29,619 bases of DNA from a virus (IMGVR_UViG_3300042876_000208:64001-93619), one strand, 5' to 3'; numbered from the stretch's first letter, positions 9,772 through 17,678 are shown. Numbers and translations: made by a program. Notes: generated by a model from the letters alone, not told the origin.

Positions 9772-10578
9772 TTAGTCGTTGTTGAACAACTTTAGAACAT
9801 CATTCGCGGCATCTTCCAAAGACTGTGGTAGAACACCGTTGGGTGTAGTATTAATCTTTGCAGACTTTGGGTCGCTTGAAAGTCTACGAGCGGTGTAGAT
9901 GTCTTTCAAATCTGTACCCTTTAGCAAATCAATGATTTCTGCATCGGTAAGCGTGATAACCGCCTTTTCCAAATCGTACAAATCCTCGGGATTAACCTCT
10001 GGTTTTACACCGGGGTTTCCGGTATAGATAGGTGTAGTAACGGTTTCCTTACCACTACCCTTGACCATTAGAATTAGGTCAAAGTTTGTTAGACCAAGTG
10101 GTGTGCCTTGTGCATCTAGGATTGCATTTTCTAGAGCGGCTAGCTGTTCAAATAATGTAACACCCTTAGATAGCAACTTAACTTTATTTAATGGGCCAAC
10201 TGGAACACTAATCAATGACTCACGGCACTTTGGGCAAGATGCTAAGTTGAGGTGCTTAACTTCCTCACCGCACTTAGGACAAATCTTTACGGGTGTCTTA
10301 TCATAAACATTGATGTAGTATCTAGTACTGCGTGGAATATAACCTTTAATGTCTCTAAAGGTGTCGGGATTTTCTTGGATGATAACACGATTGTTTGCAC
10401 AAACGGGGCAATCATCACCAAGACATTTAATGCTCATACGATTGATATAGTGAGTTTCAACCGCCTTATAATCTGCATCTAGGATACGAATAACATTTGT
10501 ACCCTCGGCTAGATTGATGAATTCGGTCTTCTTAAATTCGGTCTTTGTTGCTTTGTGTTGAATAGGTGAGAATGGCAT
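9772..10578 (-). CDS. Phage single-stranded DNA-binding protein (gp32-like) with Zn-binding insertions
   Basis: THYINR..IKCLGDDCPVC, RYYINVYD and KGSGKETVTT motifs; CPKC pairs; acidic tail; adjacent to recA. Confidence 0.65.
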   Translation of the reverse strand: MPFSPIQHKATKTEFKKTEFINLAEGTNVIRILDADYKAVETHYINRMSIKCLGDDCPVCANNRVIIQENPDTFRDIKGYIPRSTRYYINVYDKTPVKICPKCGEEVKHLNLASCPKCRESLISVPVGPLNKVKLLSKGVTLFEQLAALENAILDAQGTPLGLTNFDLILMVKGSGKETVTTPIYTGNPGVKPEVNPEDLYDLEKAVITLTDAEIIDLLKGTDLKDIYTARRLSSDPKSAKINTTPNGVLPQSLEDAANDVLKLFNND

Positions 10579-10581
10579 GGT

Positions 10582-10881
10582 TTAGTCTCCTGTTAATTGT
10601 TTGGTTCTTGCGAATAGTTGTTCAAACGCCGTAGTTCTTTCGCCTTCAATAAGGTCTAGAACTTTATTTGGCTCTGTAGTTGTGATTTGTTCAATCAAAA
10701 TCAAATACCGTCTATAATCGTATTCTACGTCTAGTAGCATTAAATATTCTAATAGTTTCATTGCCTCCTTGTCTAGAGCAACTTGTTGGGGAATGTTTGT
10801 TAGAGTATGGGAAAATCTCAAGTTAGCAAATTGACCCATATTAAATAATCTTTCAACTGTCAAGGTTCGTTCCATCATCAA
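10582..10881 (-). CDS. Hypothetical protein
   Basis: 99 aa ORF with an aaaggag RBS. Confidence 0.6.
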   Translation of the reverse strand: MMMERTLTVERLFNMGQFANLRFSHTLTNIPQQVALDKEAMKLLEYLMLLDVEYDYRRYLILIEQITTTEPNKVLDLIEGERTTAFEQLFARTKQLTGD

Positions 10882-11875
10882 TCTCCTTTACTAAATCCTT
10901 TGTTGAATTCACTGCATTATAGCATACTTGTCTAATTGTGTCAAGTAATTCGGGATGCTCTTTCAAATAGACTATCGTTTTAGCTACACCGTTACCTAAT
11001 TGTTCCTCACCAAATTTATAGTGACCGCCGGATTTCTTTAATACACCAATACTTTCGGAAAAATTAATGAAATCCTTATAGGTTGCTATACCCTCACCAA
11101 AGATGATAGGAATTTCATAACCTCTAAATGGACTAGATAACTTATTCTTTTTGATTACAAAAGATGTAGTAATTCCTACGGCGACATTATCTTGCTTGAT
11201 TTCCTGTCCTTTAGTTAGTGAAATGATTAGAGAACAAAAATGCTTTAGAGCATGTCCACCGGGAACTGAGAAACTCTTAGAGTAAGAACCTATATTATCT
11301 CTTACTTGGTTAATAAGTAGAACTGCGGTTTTGTTTAGAGTTCTTAAGATATAAGATGAACGTCTAAAGAACTTAGCAAGTAGCTTAGGTGTAGTACCCA
11401 TTTGCAATTCATCAAGTTCTTTTTCCTTTTCAACTCCGGGGGCTAATGCACCAATAGAGTCTAGAACTATTAGACCAAACTCACCAGACTCAATGCCTTT
11501 CTCTATAATAGATAAGGCATCCTCTGCAGTATTTGGTTGTAAAAGAACGAACATATTCATTTCTAGATTTTCACCTAGAATACCATGAACAAGATTTACG
11601 TCCAACATATTTTCTACATCTATGTATAAAACTTTCTTGCCCATTTTGATAGCATTTCTAGCAATAGATAATGCTATTGTGGTTTTACCTGAACCTTCGC
11701 TACCATAGATTTCCGTAAATCTACCAACGGGAATTCCACCTGGGCCGATGGACATATCTAATGATAAACTACCCGTAGGAATGAACTCACCCGCAAGGTC
11801 TCTTCCAAAAACATCCTCGCCGAATTCATCCTCAATTAACTCTAAAAAGCTTTTATTCTCGATTATCTTAGTCAT
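10853..11875 (-). CDS. recA: RecA/UvsX recombinase
   Basis: IPTGSLSLD, GRFTEIYGSEGSGKTT, IVLDSIGAL, INQVRDNIG and PGGHALKHF motifs. Confidence 0.95.
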   Translation of the reverse strand: MTKIIENKSFLELIEDEFGEDVFGRDLAGEFIPTGSLSLDMSIGPGGIPVGRFTEIYGSEGSGKTTIALSIARNAIKMGKKVLYIDVENMLDVNLVHGILGENLEMNMFVLLQPNTAEDALSIIEKGIESGEFGLIVLDSIGALAPGVEKEKELDELQMGTTPKLLAKFFRRSSYILRTLNKTAVLLINQVRDNIGSYSKSFSVPGGHALKHFCSLIISLTKGQEIKQDNVAVGITTSFVIKKNKLSSPFRGYEIPIIFGEGIATYKDFINFSESIGVLKKSGGHYKFGEEQLGNGVAKTIVYLKEHPELLDTIRQVCYNAVNSTKDLVKEIDDGTNLDS

Positions 11876-11884
11876 TATTCTCCT

Positions 11885-13792
11885 TTAATGAACCCAATAG
11901 GTATCCATTGCACCCTCAACTTCGGCGGGTATTCTACCTAAAAATGGTTGTTCTACTTCTTTCATAATGTTTTCCATCCAAATCTTAGCCTCTGCTTTAA
12001 TAGTATCATCTACCTCGGCTACGATTTCATCGTGGACTTGAATTTGTAATTGAAACTTATCCCCAAAGGGATTTTCATAAAACAATTTTACTAGAGCTAA
12101 CTTTGTAATATCTGCTCCACCTCCTTGAATAATCATATTGAAACCTTCTCTTGCGATACTATTTCTGTATTTCATCAACTCTTTAGAGTCGGCAAAATCC
12201 GGTTCATCTCTAAAATATCTACGTCTACCATAAGGTGTAATAGAATATTTCTTTTCTAGAATAATCTTTTCGGCGGCACTCTTAAATGCTTTTAGTACGG
12301 GATACCCTGCATAAAAGTCATCTAGAATTCTCTTGCCTTCATCAACATTAATTTTTAGATTACGAGCTAGTCCATATTCTGAACTACCATAGATAATCGC
12401 AAAATTAACGCTCTTACCAAGACTCCTATCGGCTTTAGTTATCTCATCCTTAGTTTTTCCGGTAACAATCATCGCGGTAGCCGTGTGCATATCTATTCCA
12501 TCAATGTATGCTTGGATGATAACTGGTTCATTACTTACCGCTCCTACAAGTCTATATTCTTGCTGAGAATAGTCTACGGCTAGTAAACTCTTTCCCGGTC
12601 GTGAAATAAAGCAAGAACGATAATCACTACCTTTGGGAATGTTCTGTAGGTTAGGCTTACCCTTACCATTGCTAGAGTCACCGGATGAAAATCTACCCGT
12701 TCTAGCTCCAAGATTTAAGAACTCGGTATGAATTCTACCTGTAACCGGATTAATATGATTTAAGAAAGATAACCCATAAGTAGACTCTTTCTTCTCAAAT
12801 TCTCTAAATTCAAGAATTTTATCTACAAAATCATATTGACTTCTTTTATCTTTCAAAATCTTAGCATTTGTACTAGCAATGTCTACACCCAAAAGATTTA
12901 ACAATCTCTGCATTTGTTGATTAGAACCAAAATTAAATTCTTGTCTAACAAGCGCTTTTATCTCATCTTGAGATGTAATCATTGAAAATGCTAATCTAGC
13001 TTTCTTAGTTTTAACTTTGTCTTTGATTAGTAAATCCTCAAAGGCATTTAGGGCAGACTCGTATTTTGTATAGTCAATAGAACCAAGTAGCAAATTCTCT
13101 AAATCAATCCGGGCTTGGTCTAATTTAATCTTATTAGCATTAGCCATTGCTGTCCATTTAGGAACATCAATTAAGACACCATGATACTCCATCATAGCAA
13201 TTACCGGAACTAAATCGGACTCTAGTTTATAGACTCGCTTTAACTTGCGTTCCTCTATAAGTTTCATTTGACCCTTATAGATTTCAAGTAGATACACCAC
13301 ATCTAAAGCTGAGTATACTAAAAGTTCTTGAGTTAAACCTGTATAATTCTCATAGAAATTATGTCTTTCGGATTTATCAAGTTCTACTCCGGTATACTTT
13401 TTAACTAGACTGGCTAAACTATGAAGTACATCTCCAACTCCTAAATAAATAAGAGTTTCAGTCCACATAGTATCATGAACTTTAGTTAGTAATCTATTGA
13501 CACCTACTTTGATAATCTTTATATCAAATTTGGCATTGTGCATGATTACTAATCTTTTGGATGCAATAATACTATCTATGATTACTATAAGGGCATCTTT
13601 GCCCAAACTTTGGCAGTCAAATAGATAAGTATTACCATCTAGAAATATCTGCAGAAGATACCAGGTTACTGTAAAACAATCCAATCCAGAAGTTTCTGTA
13701 TCTAATCCTATAGGATTACTACTACTCTCCAAGTCAAATTTGAATTTTTCAAATAAACCATCAGTCAGATTGGTTACTAAATTTAATTCCAT
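11885..13792 (-). CDS. polA: Family A DNA polymerase (3'-5' exonuclease + polymerase; no 5'-3' nuclease domain)
   Basis: GLDTETSG exonuclease I; HNAKFD; TGRFSS...PNLQNIP; DYSQQEYR motif A; KSVNFAIIYG motif B; QVHDE motif C. Confidence 0.95.
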   Translation of the reverse strand: MELNLVTNLTDGLFEKFKFDLESSSNPIGLDTETSGLDCFTVTWYLLQIFLDGNTYLFDCQSLGKDALIVIIDSIIASKRLVIMHNAKFDIKIIKVGVNRLLTKVHDTMWTETLIYLGVGDVLHSLASLVKKYTGVELDKSERHNFYENYTGLTQELLVYSALDVVYLLEIYKGQMKLIEERKLKRVYKLESDLVPVIAMMEYHGVLIDVPKWTAMANANKIKLDQARIDLENLLLGSIDYTKYESALNAFEDLLIKDKVKTKKARLAFSMITSQDEIKALVRQEFNFGSNQQMQRLLNLLGVDIASTNAKILKDKRSQYDFVDKILEFREFEKKESTYGLSFLNHINPVTGRIHTEFLNLGARTGRFSSGDSSNGKGKPNLQNIPKGSDYRSCFISRPGKSLLAVDYSQQEYRLVGAVSNEPVIIQAYIDGIDMHTATAMIVTGKTKDEITKADRSLGKSVNFAIIYGSSEYGLARNLKINVDEGKRILDDFYAGYPVLKAFKSAAEKIILEKKYSITPYGRRRYFRDEPDFADSKELMKYRNSIAREGFNMIIQGGGADITKLALVKLFYENPFGDKFQLQIQVHDEIVAEVDDTIKAEAKIWMENIMKEVEQPFLGRIPAEVEGAMDTYWVH

Positions 13793-13861
13793 GCTTACTC
13801 CTTTAAATAGACATAATTATGGCACTGCTTGAGCTACGGAAAACCACCGTAGCTCTAATAA

Positions 13862-13945
13862 TTATACCACCACTATAGGAATTGGAAATGCTATTATTTT
13901 TATTAATAGCAAAACTATTATCAATATGAACAAAAATGTTCTCAT
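13862..13945 (-). CDS. 27-aa hydrophobic peptide (MRTFLFILIIVLLLIKIIAFPIPIVVV)
   Basis: Hand-translated ORF downstream of a consensus promoter; single TM segment. Confidence 0.4.
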   Translation of the reverse strand: MRTFLFILIIVLLLIKIIAFPIPIVVV

Positions 13946-13999
13946 ATGTTTTATTCTCTTCTTAAGTTTCTCTGCGGCACTAAAATGTTAATTTTAGTG

Positions 14000-14028
14000 A
14001 TTTTATCATAGAAAGTCAATCCTGTCAA
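14000..14028 (-). promoter_or_regulatory. Sigma70-type promoter toward polA
   Basis: TTGACA-17 nt-TAAAAT with extended -10 TGn on the minus strand. Confidence 0.75.
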
Positions 14029-14063
14029 GGGCTGAAATAGACATTCTAATAAAATTCTTACAA

Positions 14064-14246
14064 TTAATCAATTACCCTTTTTCCTTTCATAAAGCGTATC
14101 CAATCGGCTAAATAAGCCCAATCTAGCGGGTCGGGGTCATCTGCAATGAATGGAACTGTTTGACCATGTAACCATTCACCAAATCCTTTAAATGCAGAAA
14201 TTCTTACTACTGCCATATCATTCCAAAATTTTAAAGTCTCTTTCAT
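14064..14246 (-). CDS. Hypothetical protein (60 aa)
   Basis: ORF with an aaaggagga RBS. Confidence 0.6.
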   Translation of the reverse strand: MKETLKFWNDMAVVRISAFKGFGEWLHGQTVPFIADDPDPLDWAYLADWIRFMKGKRVID

Positions 14247-14247
14247 A

Positions 14248-14391
14248 TTAAAATCCTCCTTTAAAGTGATTTACATCTTTTGATGGGTTATTCCAATTCT
14301 CTAAAATAAGAATTGGTGACATTGCTATTATAACACACATTACAACTATTATGGAAAGAACCATAAGCGATTTATCTATTATATTCATCAT
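14248..14391 (-). CDS. 47-aa membrane peptide (MMNIIDKSLMVLSIIVVMC...)
   Basis: Hand-translated; gaggtaa RBS; one TM segment. Confidence 0.5.
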   Translation of the reverse strand: MMNIIDKSLMVLSIIVVMCVIIAMSPILILENWNNPSKDVNHFKGGF

Positions 14392-14400
14392 AGTTACCTC

Positions 14401-14429
14401 TTGACTTTCTAGCGATATTGTGCTAAAAT
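14401..14429 (+). promoter_or_regulatory. Sigma70-type promoter, rightward
   Basis: TTGACT-17 nt-TAAAAT with TGn. Confidence 0.75.
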
Positions 14430-14472
14430 TGTGTTCACGCTCAAGGATAAATTAGTCCCTTGAGAGAGTTAC

Positions 14473-14501
14473 ATTATACAACATAATAAAAGGATTGTCA
14501 A
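14473..14501 (-). promoter_or_regulatory. Sigma70-type promoter, leftward
   Basis: TTGACA-17 nt-TATAAT, perfect consensus on the minus strand. Confidence 0.8.
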
Positions 14502-14504
14502 TAG

Positions 14505-14957
14505 ATGAAAATTAAAATCGGCAACTTATGGGACTCAAAAGATGATTTAATCTTTGTGACTACTAATTCATATATAAGGAACGATGGTGCTTTAGTAATG
14601 GGTCGCGGTGCGGCTCTGGAATGTAAAACTAGATACCCCGGAATAGAATATGATTTTGGTAATATGATTTCTAGATTACATAAGGTAGGCCCAATTTCTA
14701 ATCCTAGCGAAAAGTATGGTATACTTGTACATGAAACTTTACCAATAGGTATTTTTCAAGTAAAGTATCATTTTAGAGATGTGGCAGATACAAATCTAAT
14801 TTTGTATTCTACCCAATTACTAAATGAGCTAAGTAAGACAAAAACTATTTCTATAAATTTCCCAGGAATTGGTTTTGGTCAATTAGATGAAATGCAAGTA
14901 TTACCTATAATTTCTCAACTAAGTGATAATGTTACAATCTATAGATTTAGGAGATAA
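14505..14957 (+). CDS. Macro-domain protein (ADP-ribose binding or hydrolysis)
   Basis: KIGNLWD, FVTTN, LVMGRGAA and FPGIGFGQL macro-domain motifs. Confidence 0.75.
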   Translation: MKIKIGNLWDSKDDLIFVTTNSYIRNDGALVMGRGAALECKTRYPGIEYDFGNMISRLHKVGPISNPSEKYGILVHETLPIGIFQVKYHFRDVADTNLILYSTQLLNELSKTKTISINFPGIGFGQLDEMQVLPIISQLSDNVTIYRFRR

Positions 14958-14958
14958 G

Positions 14959-15315
14959 ATGAAAGTAATAGTAGCGGGTTCTCGTTCTATAACAGATATT
15001 AAATATGTTATTAAGGCTATGAAAGATTCTGGATTTGAAATTGACGAACTAGTTTCCGGTGGTGCAATTGGTGTAGATAGCCTAGCAGAATCTGTAGCTA
15101 GATTTAATGGAATCCCGGTTACTCAATTCCTACCGGATTGGGTTAAGTATGGTAAACGCGCCGGATTTGTTCGTAATGCTGAAATGGCAGATTATGCCGA
15201 TGCCCTAATAGCAGTTTGGGATGGTGAATCTCATGGTACAAGCAATATGATAGAACAGGCAATGAAAAATGGATTAAAAATTTATATTTATAAGGTAGAA
15301 CAAAATGGCCAGTAA
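14959..15315 (+). CDS. SLOG-family protein (YspA/DUF2493-like)
   Basis: KVIVAGSR, SGGAIGVD, AGFVRNAEM and LIAVWDGESHGT motifs; start moved to ATG 14959 after aggag. Confidence 0.8.
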   Translation: MKVIVAGSRSITDIKYVIKAMKDSGFEIDELVSGGAIGVDSLAESVARFNGIPVTQFLPDWVKYGKRAGFVRNAEMADYADALIAVWDGESHGTSNMIEQAMKNGLKIYIYKVEQNGQ

Positions 15316-15535
15316 AAATAAGAATGGTGAATGGATTTGCTCTTATTGTGAAAAGGTGTATGTCCACCCACAAGATGCCGATGTTTGTAGGGAGAGCCAC
15401 GATTTAATTTTGGTTCAATTAACAAAAGAGGAATTGAATAGAATAGTACAATTTCTATTTACGAAAGATGACGATTTATTGAGTGAACAATTAGTAAAAC
15501 GATTACAAAAATATTTGAAAAATCGAGCAATTTGA
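15305..15535 (+). CDS. Small Zn-finger-like protein
   Basis: WICSYCEKVY...CRESH. Confidence 0.6.
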   Translation: MASKNKNGEWICSYCEKVYVHPQDADVCRESHDLILVQLTKEELNRIVQFLFTKDDDLLSEQLVKRLQKYLKNRAI

Positions 15536-15539
15536 CCCC

Positions 15540-15568
15540 TTGACAAATAAAAAGAGTTGTGCTAAAAT
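15540..15568 (+). promoter_or_regulatory. Sigma70-type promoter heading the tRNA array
   Basis: TTGACA-17 nt-TAAAAT with TGn. Confidence 0.85.
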
Positions 15569-15629
15569 AGACCCATCGTTAAATTTAAGCACAAAATTGA
15601 AAAATGTGTTAGAATTAATTTAACAAAAT

Positions 15630-15701
15630 GGCCCGTTAGTTCAAAAGTAGAGCGTCTCTCTGTCGAAGAGAAGGTTAGGATAGCATAATTCCTACGGGTC
15701 G
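15630..15701 (+). tRNA. tRNA-Asp(GTC), atypical elbow
   Basis: Acceptor ggcccgt/acgggtc; anticodon arm tctct-ctGTCga-agaga; G73; T-loop AGCATAA. Confidence 0.8.
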
Positions 15702-15774
15702 CCTGTCTTAAAGGTTGCGTTTGTCGTAAAACAAACTAAGCGTGTGACCTTCAACGGGGTGCAATGCCCCAAGC

Positions 15775-15848
15775 GTTCCTATACGATAATCGGACTAGTC
15801 ATCCACACTCTCAATGTGGCAATGCGGGTTCAAGCCCCGCTGGGAACA
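15775..15848 (+). tRNA. tRNA-Glu(CTC)
   Basis: gttccta/tgggaac; ccaca-ctCTCaa-tgtgg; TTCAAGC T-loop. Confidence 0.9.
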
Positions 15849-15854
15849 CTACAT

Positions 15855-15927
15855 GCCCTCATAACACAACGGACAAGTGTAGAAGACTCTTAATCTTTTA
15901 ATCAGGGTTCGATTCCCTGTGAAGGCA
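15855..15927 (+). tRNA. tRNA-Lys(CTT)
   Basis: gccctca/tgaaggc; gaaga-ctCTTaa-tcttt; TTCGATT. Confidence 0.9.
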
Positions 15928-15928
15928 C

Positions 15929-15991
15929 TAGACTACTTACAGCAAATATAAAACAATTGACAGTTAATCAATCAACGTTTTATGTAGTCTA
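15929..15991 (+). ncRNA. ACAGCAA stem motif, copy 1
   Basis: tagactac/gtagtcta stem; ACAGCAA at 15939-15945; inner hairpin. Confidence 0.7.
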
Positions 15992-15995
15992 ATTT

Positions 15996-16067
15996 CGGGA
16001 AGTAGGGTAACGGTAGCCCACTACGTTTGGGACGTAGCCAGTGAAAGTTCAAGTCTTTCTTTCCCGA
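15996..16067 (+). tRNA. tRNA-Pro(TGG)
   Basis: cgggaag/tttcccg; ctacg-ttTGGga-cgtag; TTCAAGT. Confidence 0.9.
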
Positions 16068-16073
16068 CAACAT

Positions 16074-16146
16074 CATGTGGTAGCCCAATTGGTAAAGGCG
16101 TTGCGTTGTGGCCGCAAATATCTAGGTTCGACTCCTAGCCACCTGA
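16074..16146 (+). tRNA. tRNA-His(GTG)
   Basis: catgtgg/ccacctg; ttgcg-ttGTGgc-cgcaa; T at -1 opposite A73. Confidence 0.85.
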
Positions 16147-16152
16147 CTAGCG

Positions 16153-16303
16153 TACTATTTCCCGAAAGGAATAGTATCTATAAAGTCGATAGTTAGCGGA
16201 TATACAGAAAGTCCTATTATAATGGCTCTCTACTGTGCAGAGGAACTAACTACGTGACATATAGAGTTTTAAAACGTACTCGTGTCTTACGTTAAAGACA
16301 CCA
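16153..16303 (+). ncRNA. Unassigned multi-hairpin structured spacer RNA
   Basis: Long interrupted helix 16178-16196/16246-16264 plus flanking hairpins; no ORF support. Confidence 0.5.
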
Positions 16304-16306
16304 TAT

Positions 16307-16377
16307 GCGTGTATAGTGAAAAAGTATCACACCATCCTTCCAAGTTGGAATTGAGATTGCGAAATTCTCTACCCGCA
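16307..16377 (+). tRNA. tRNA-Gly(TCC), atypical elbow
   Basis: gcgtgta/tacccgc; ccatc-ctTCCaa-gttgg; T-loop TGCGAAA. Confidence 0.8.
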
Positions 16378-16382
16378 CCTAT

Positions 16383-16473
16383 GGATGTTAGCCGGATATT
16401 GGTTGAGCCGGAGCGGTCTGTAAAATCGTATGGCCTGGAAGAAGGCATATTAGTTCAATTCTAATAACATCCA
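16383..16473 (+). tRNA. tRNA-Tyr(GTA)
   Basis: ggatgtt/aacatcc; gcggt-ctGTAaa-atcgt; long variable arm. Confidence 0.9.
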
Positions 16474-16481
16474 CAAAACTT

Positions 16482-16552
16482 GGGGTACGTAATGTAACGG
16501 GAACATATCTTCCTTGCAAGAAGAACTAGGGGTTCGACTCCCACGCGCTCCA
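16482..16552 (+). tRNA. tRNA-Ala(TGC), irregular acceptor/T stem
   Basis: G3.U70 present; tcttc-ctTGCaa-gaaga; best fit is an 8-bp acceptor with a 3-4 bp T stem. Confidence 0.75.
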
Positions 16553-16603
16553 CTAGTAATACAACATATTCGGGTTCTATCTAGGAGAAAGGAAAGGTTT
16601 AAA

Positions 16604-16834
16604 GTGAAACTGTTTACGGATAAGGAATTTGGTTTGATTTTGGAAGCACTCGGCACTACTAAGGATAAGGCTACCGAAAGGGTAACTGCGGCAAAGAGTG
16701 ACCTTGAAACTTAGGTTACATCACTTACCGACAATATTAAAGAGGTCAGTGCAAGACTAACCGAACTTAGTAAGGAACAGAAAGAAAAGAGCAAGACTCT
16801 TAAGTTACTTGGTGGTGTACTAGCTAGACTATAA
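16604..16834 (+). pseudogene. 76-aa coiled-coil ORF interrupted by an in-frame TAG (16712-16714)
   Basis: Strong RBS then GTG; heptad-like sequence continues 39 codons past the TAG to TAA. Confidence 0.6.
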
Positions 16835-16845
16835 AAATTAAATAA

Positions 16846-16903
16846 AAAGATTACCTACAGCAACTATAAAAAATCAATTGGATGATAATTAAAGGTAATC
16901 TTT
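16846..16903 (+). ncRNA. ACAGCAA stem motif, copy 2
   Basis: aaagattacct/aggtaatcttt 11-bp stem; ACAGCAA at 16857-16863. Confidence 0.7.
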
Positions 16904-16905
16904 AT

Positions 16906-16980
16906 GTCCTTGTGGCGAAATGGCTCACGCACTACGCTTAGGACGTAGACAACCTGGAGGTTCGACTCCTCTCAAGGACA
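16906..16980 (+). tRNA. tRNA-Leu(TAG), short variable loop
   Basis: gtccttg/caaggac; ctacg-ctTAGga-cgtag; TTCGACT. Confidence 0.85.
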
Positions 16981-16984
16981 CTAA

Positions 16985-17046
16985 GCCAGCATCTAGAATG
17001 GTTCGATTCCATTCCCCTAGGGATGATGTAATGGAAACATACTGGC
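16985..17046 (+). ncRNA. Circularly permuted tRNA-like RNA (YrlA-like core)
   Basis: Order: gccag, T arm (aatgg-TTCGATT-ccatt), short hairpin, TG, D arm (atgt-aatGGaa-acat), A, ctggc. Confidence 0.7.
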
Positions 17047-17049
17047 AAT

Positions 17050-17120
17050 GACAACTTAACCAAGCGGCTAGGTAACTGTCTGCAAAACAGTTTAAGCGAG
17101 TCCGATTCTCGCAGTTGTCT
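17050..17120 (+). tRNA. tRNA-Cys(GCA)
   Basis: gacaact/agttgtc; actgt-ctGCAaa-acagt; U73. Confidence 0.9.
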
Positions 17121-17126
17121 CAATAC

Positions 17127-17164
17127 ACGCTCATCTCCTAGTGGTAAAGGAACTAATTTATGGA
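17127..17164 (+). pseudogene. 5' tRNA half remnant fused to the HNH start
   Basis: D-arm-like tcct-agtggtaa-agga, then ctaat-ttATGga; no 3' half. Confidence 0.45.
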
Positions 17165-17678
17165 AGAAATTTGGAAAGATGTTATCGGCTACGAAACATA
17201 TTATAAAGTGAGTACACGAGGAAGAGTGTTTAGCTATCGGTCTAATAGAATAGTTAAGCCCTCAAAAATAGGCTCAGGCTACTTATGTATATCTACTAGA
17301 TTAAATGGAAGAGCATCCCCCTGCCTAGCCTTAAGAATTCATCGTTTAGTAGCTATCGCTTTTTTGGACAATCCAGATAATTTACCAGAAGTAAATCATA
17401 TAGATGGTATAAAAACAAATAATGATATTACTAATCTAGAATGGTGTACACATCAAGAAAATGTTATACATGCCAGTAAGTTAGGGCTACTTCATATTAC
17501 ACGCGGCGTTGATTCTCCAGTGGCTAAACTCTTTAAAGAAGAAGTTGAACAGATAAGAGATTTGTATGCTACAAAAGCGTTTACACAATTAGAATTAAGT
17601 TTAATGTATGATGTATCAAGACCAACAATTTCAAGAGTAATAAATAATAAAGTATACTCCTTTAGCTCAGAAGTGTAG
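17160..17678 (+). CDS. NUMOD4-HNH homing endonuclease with C-terminal HTH
   Basis: EIWKDVIGYETYYKVSTRGRV; HRLVAIAF...VNHIDGIKTNN...NLEWCT; HTH-like tail. Confidence 0.9.
   Translation: MEEIWKDVIGYETYYKVSTRGRVFSYRSNRIVKPSKIGSGYLCISTRLNGRASPCLALRIHRLVAIAFLDNPDNLPEVNHIDGIKTNNDITNLEWCTHQENVIHASKLGLLHITRGVDSPVAKLFKEEVEQIRDLYATKAFTQLELSLMYDVSRPTISRVINNKVYSFSSEV

Noticed and set aside
3634-10482. Plus-strand ORFs 3634, 4943, 7353, 7590, 7838, 8585, 8695, 10061 and 10252
   Set aside because: Antisense shadows of well-supported minus-strand genes.
13831-13855. 9-bp hairpin upstream of polA as an intrinsic terminator or riboswitch
   Set aside because: No U-tract on the transcribed (minus) strand and no aptamer motif; at most a stabilising or processing hairpin.
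15740-15775. tRNA-Sec, suggested by ccTTCAac
   Set aside because: No acceptor stem, D arm or long variable arm in the required order.
16150-16303. Group I intron, hammerhead or theta (HDV-like) ribozyme after tRNA-His
   Set aside because: I could not find the P7 core, the CUGANGA/GAAA core or a nested double pseudoknot; flanking tRNAs are complete. A cmscan would be decisive.
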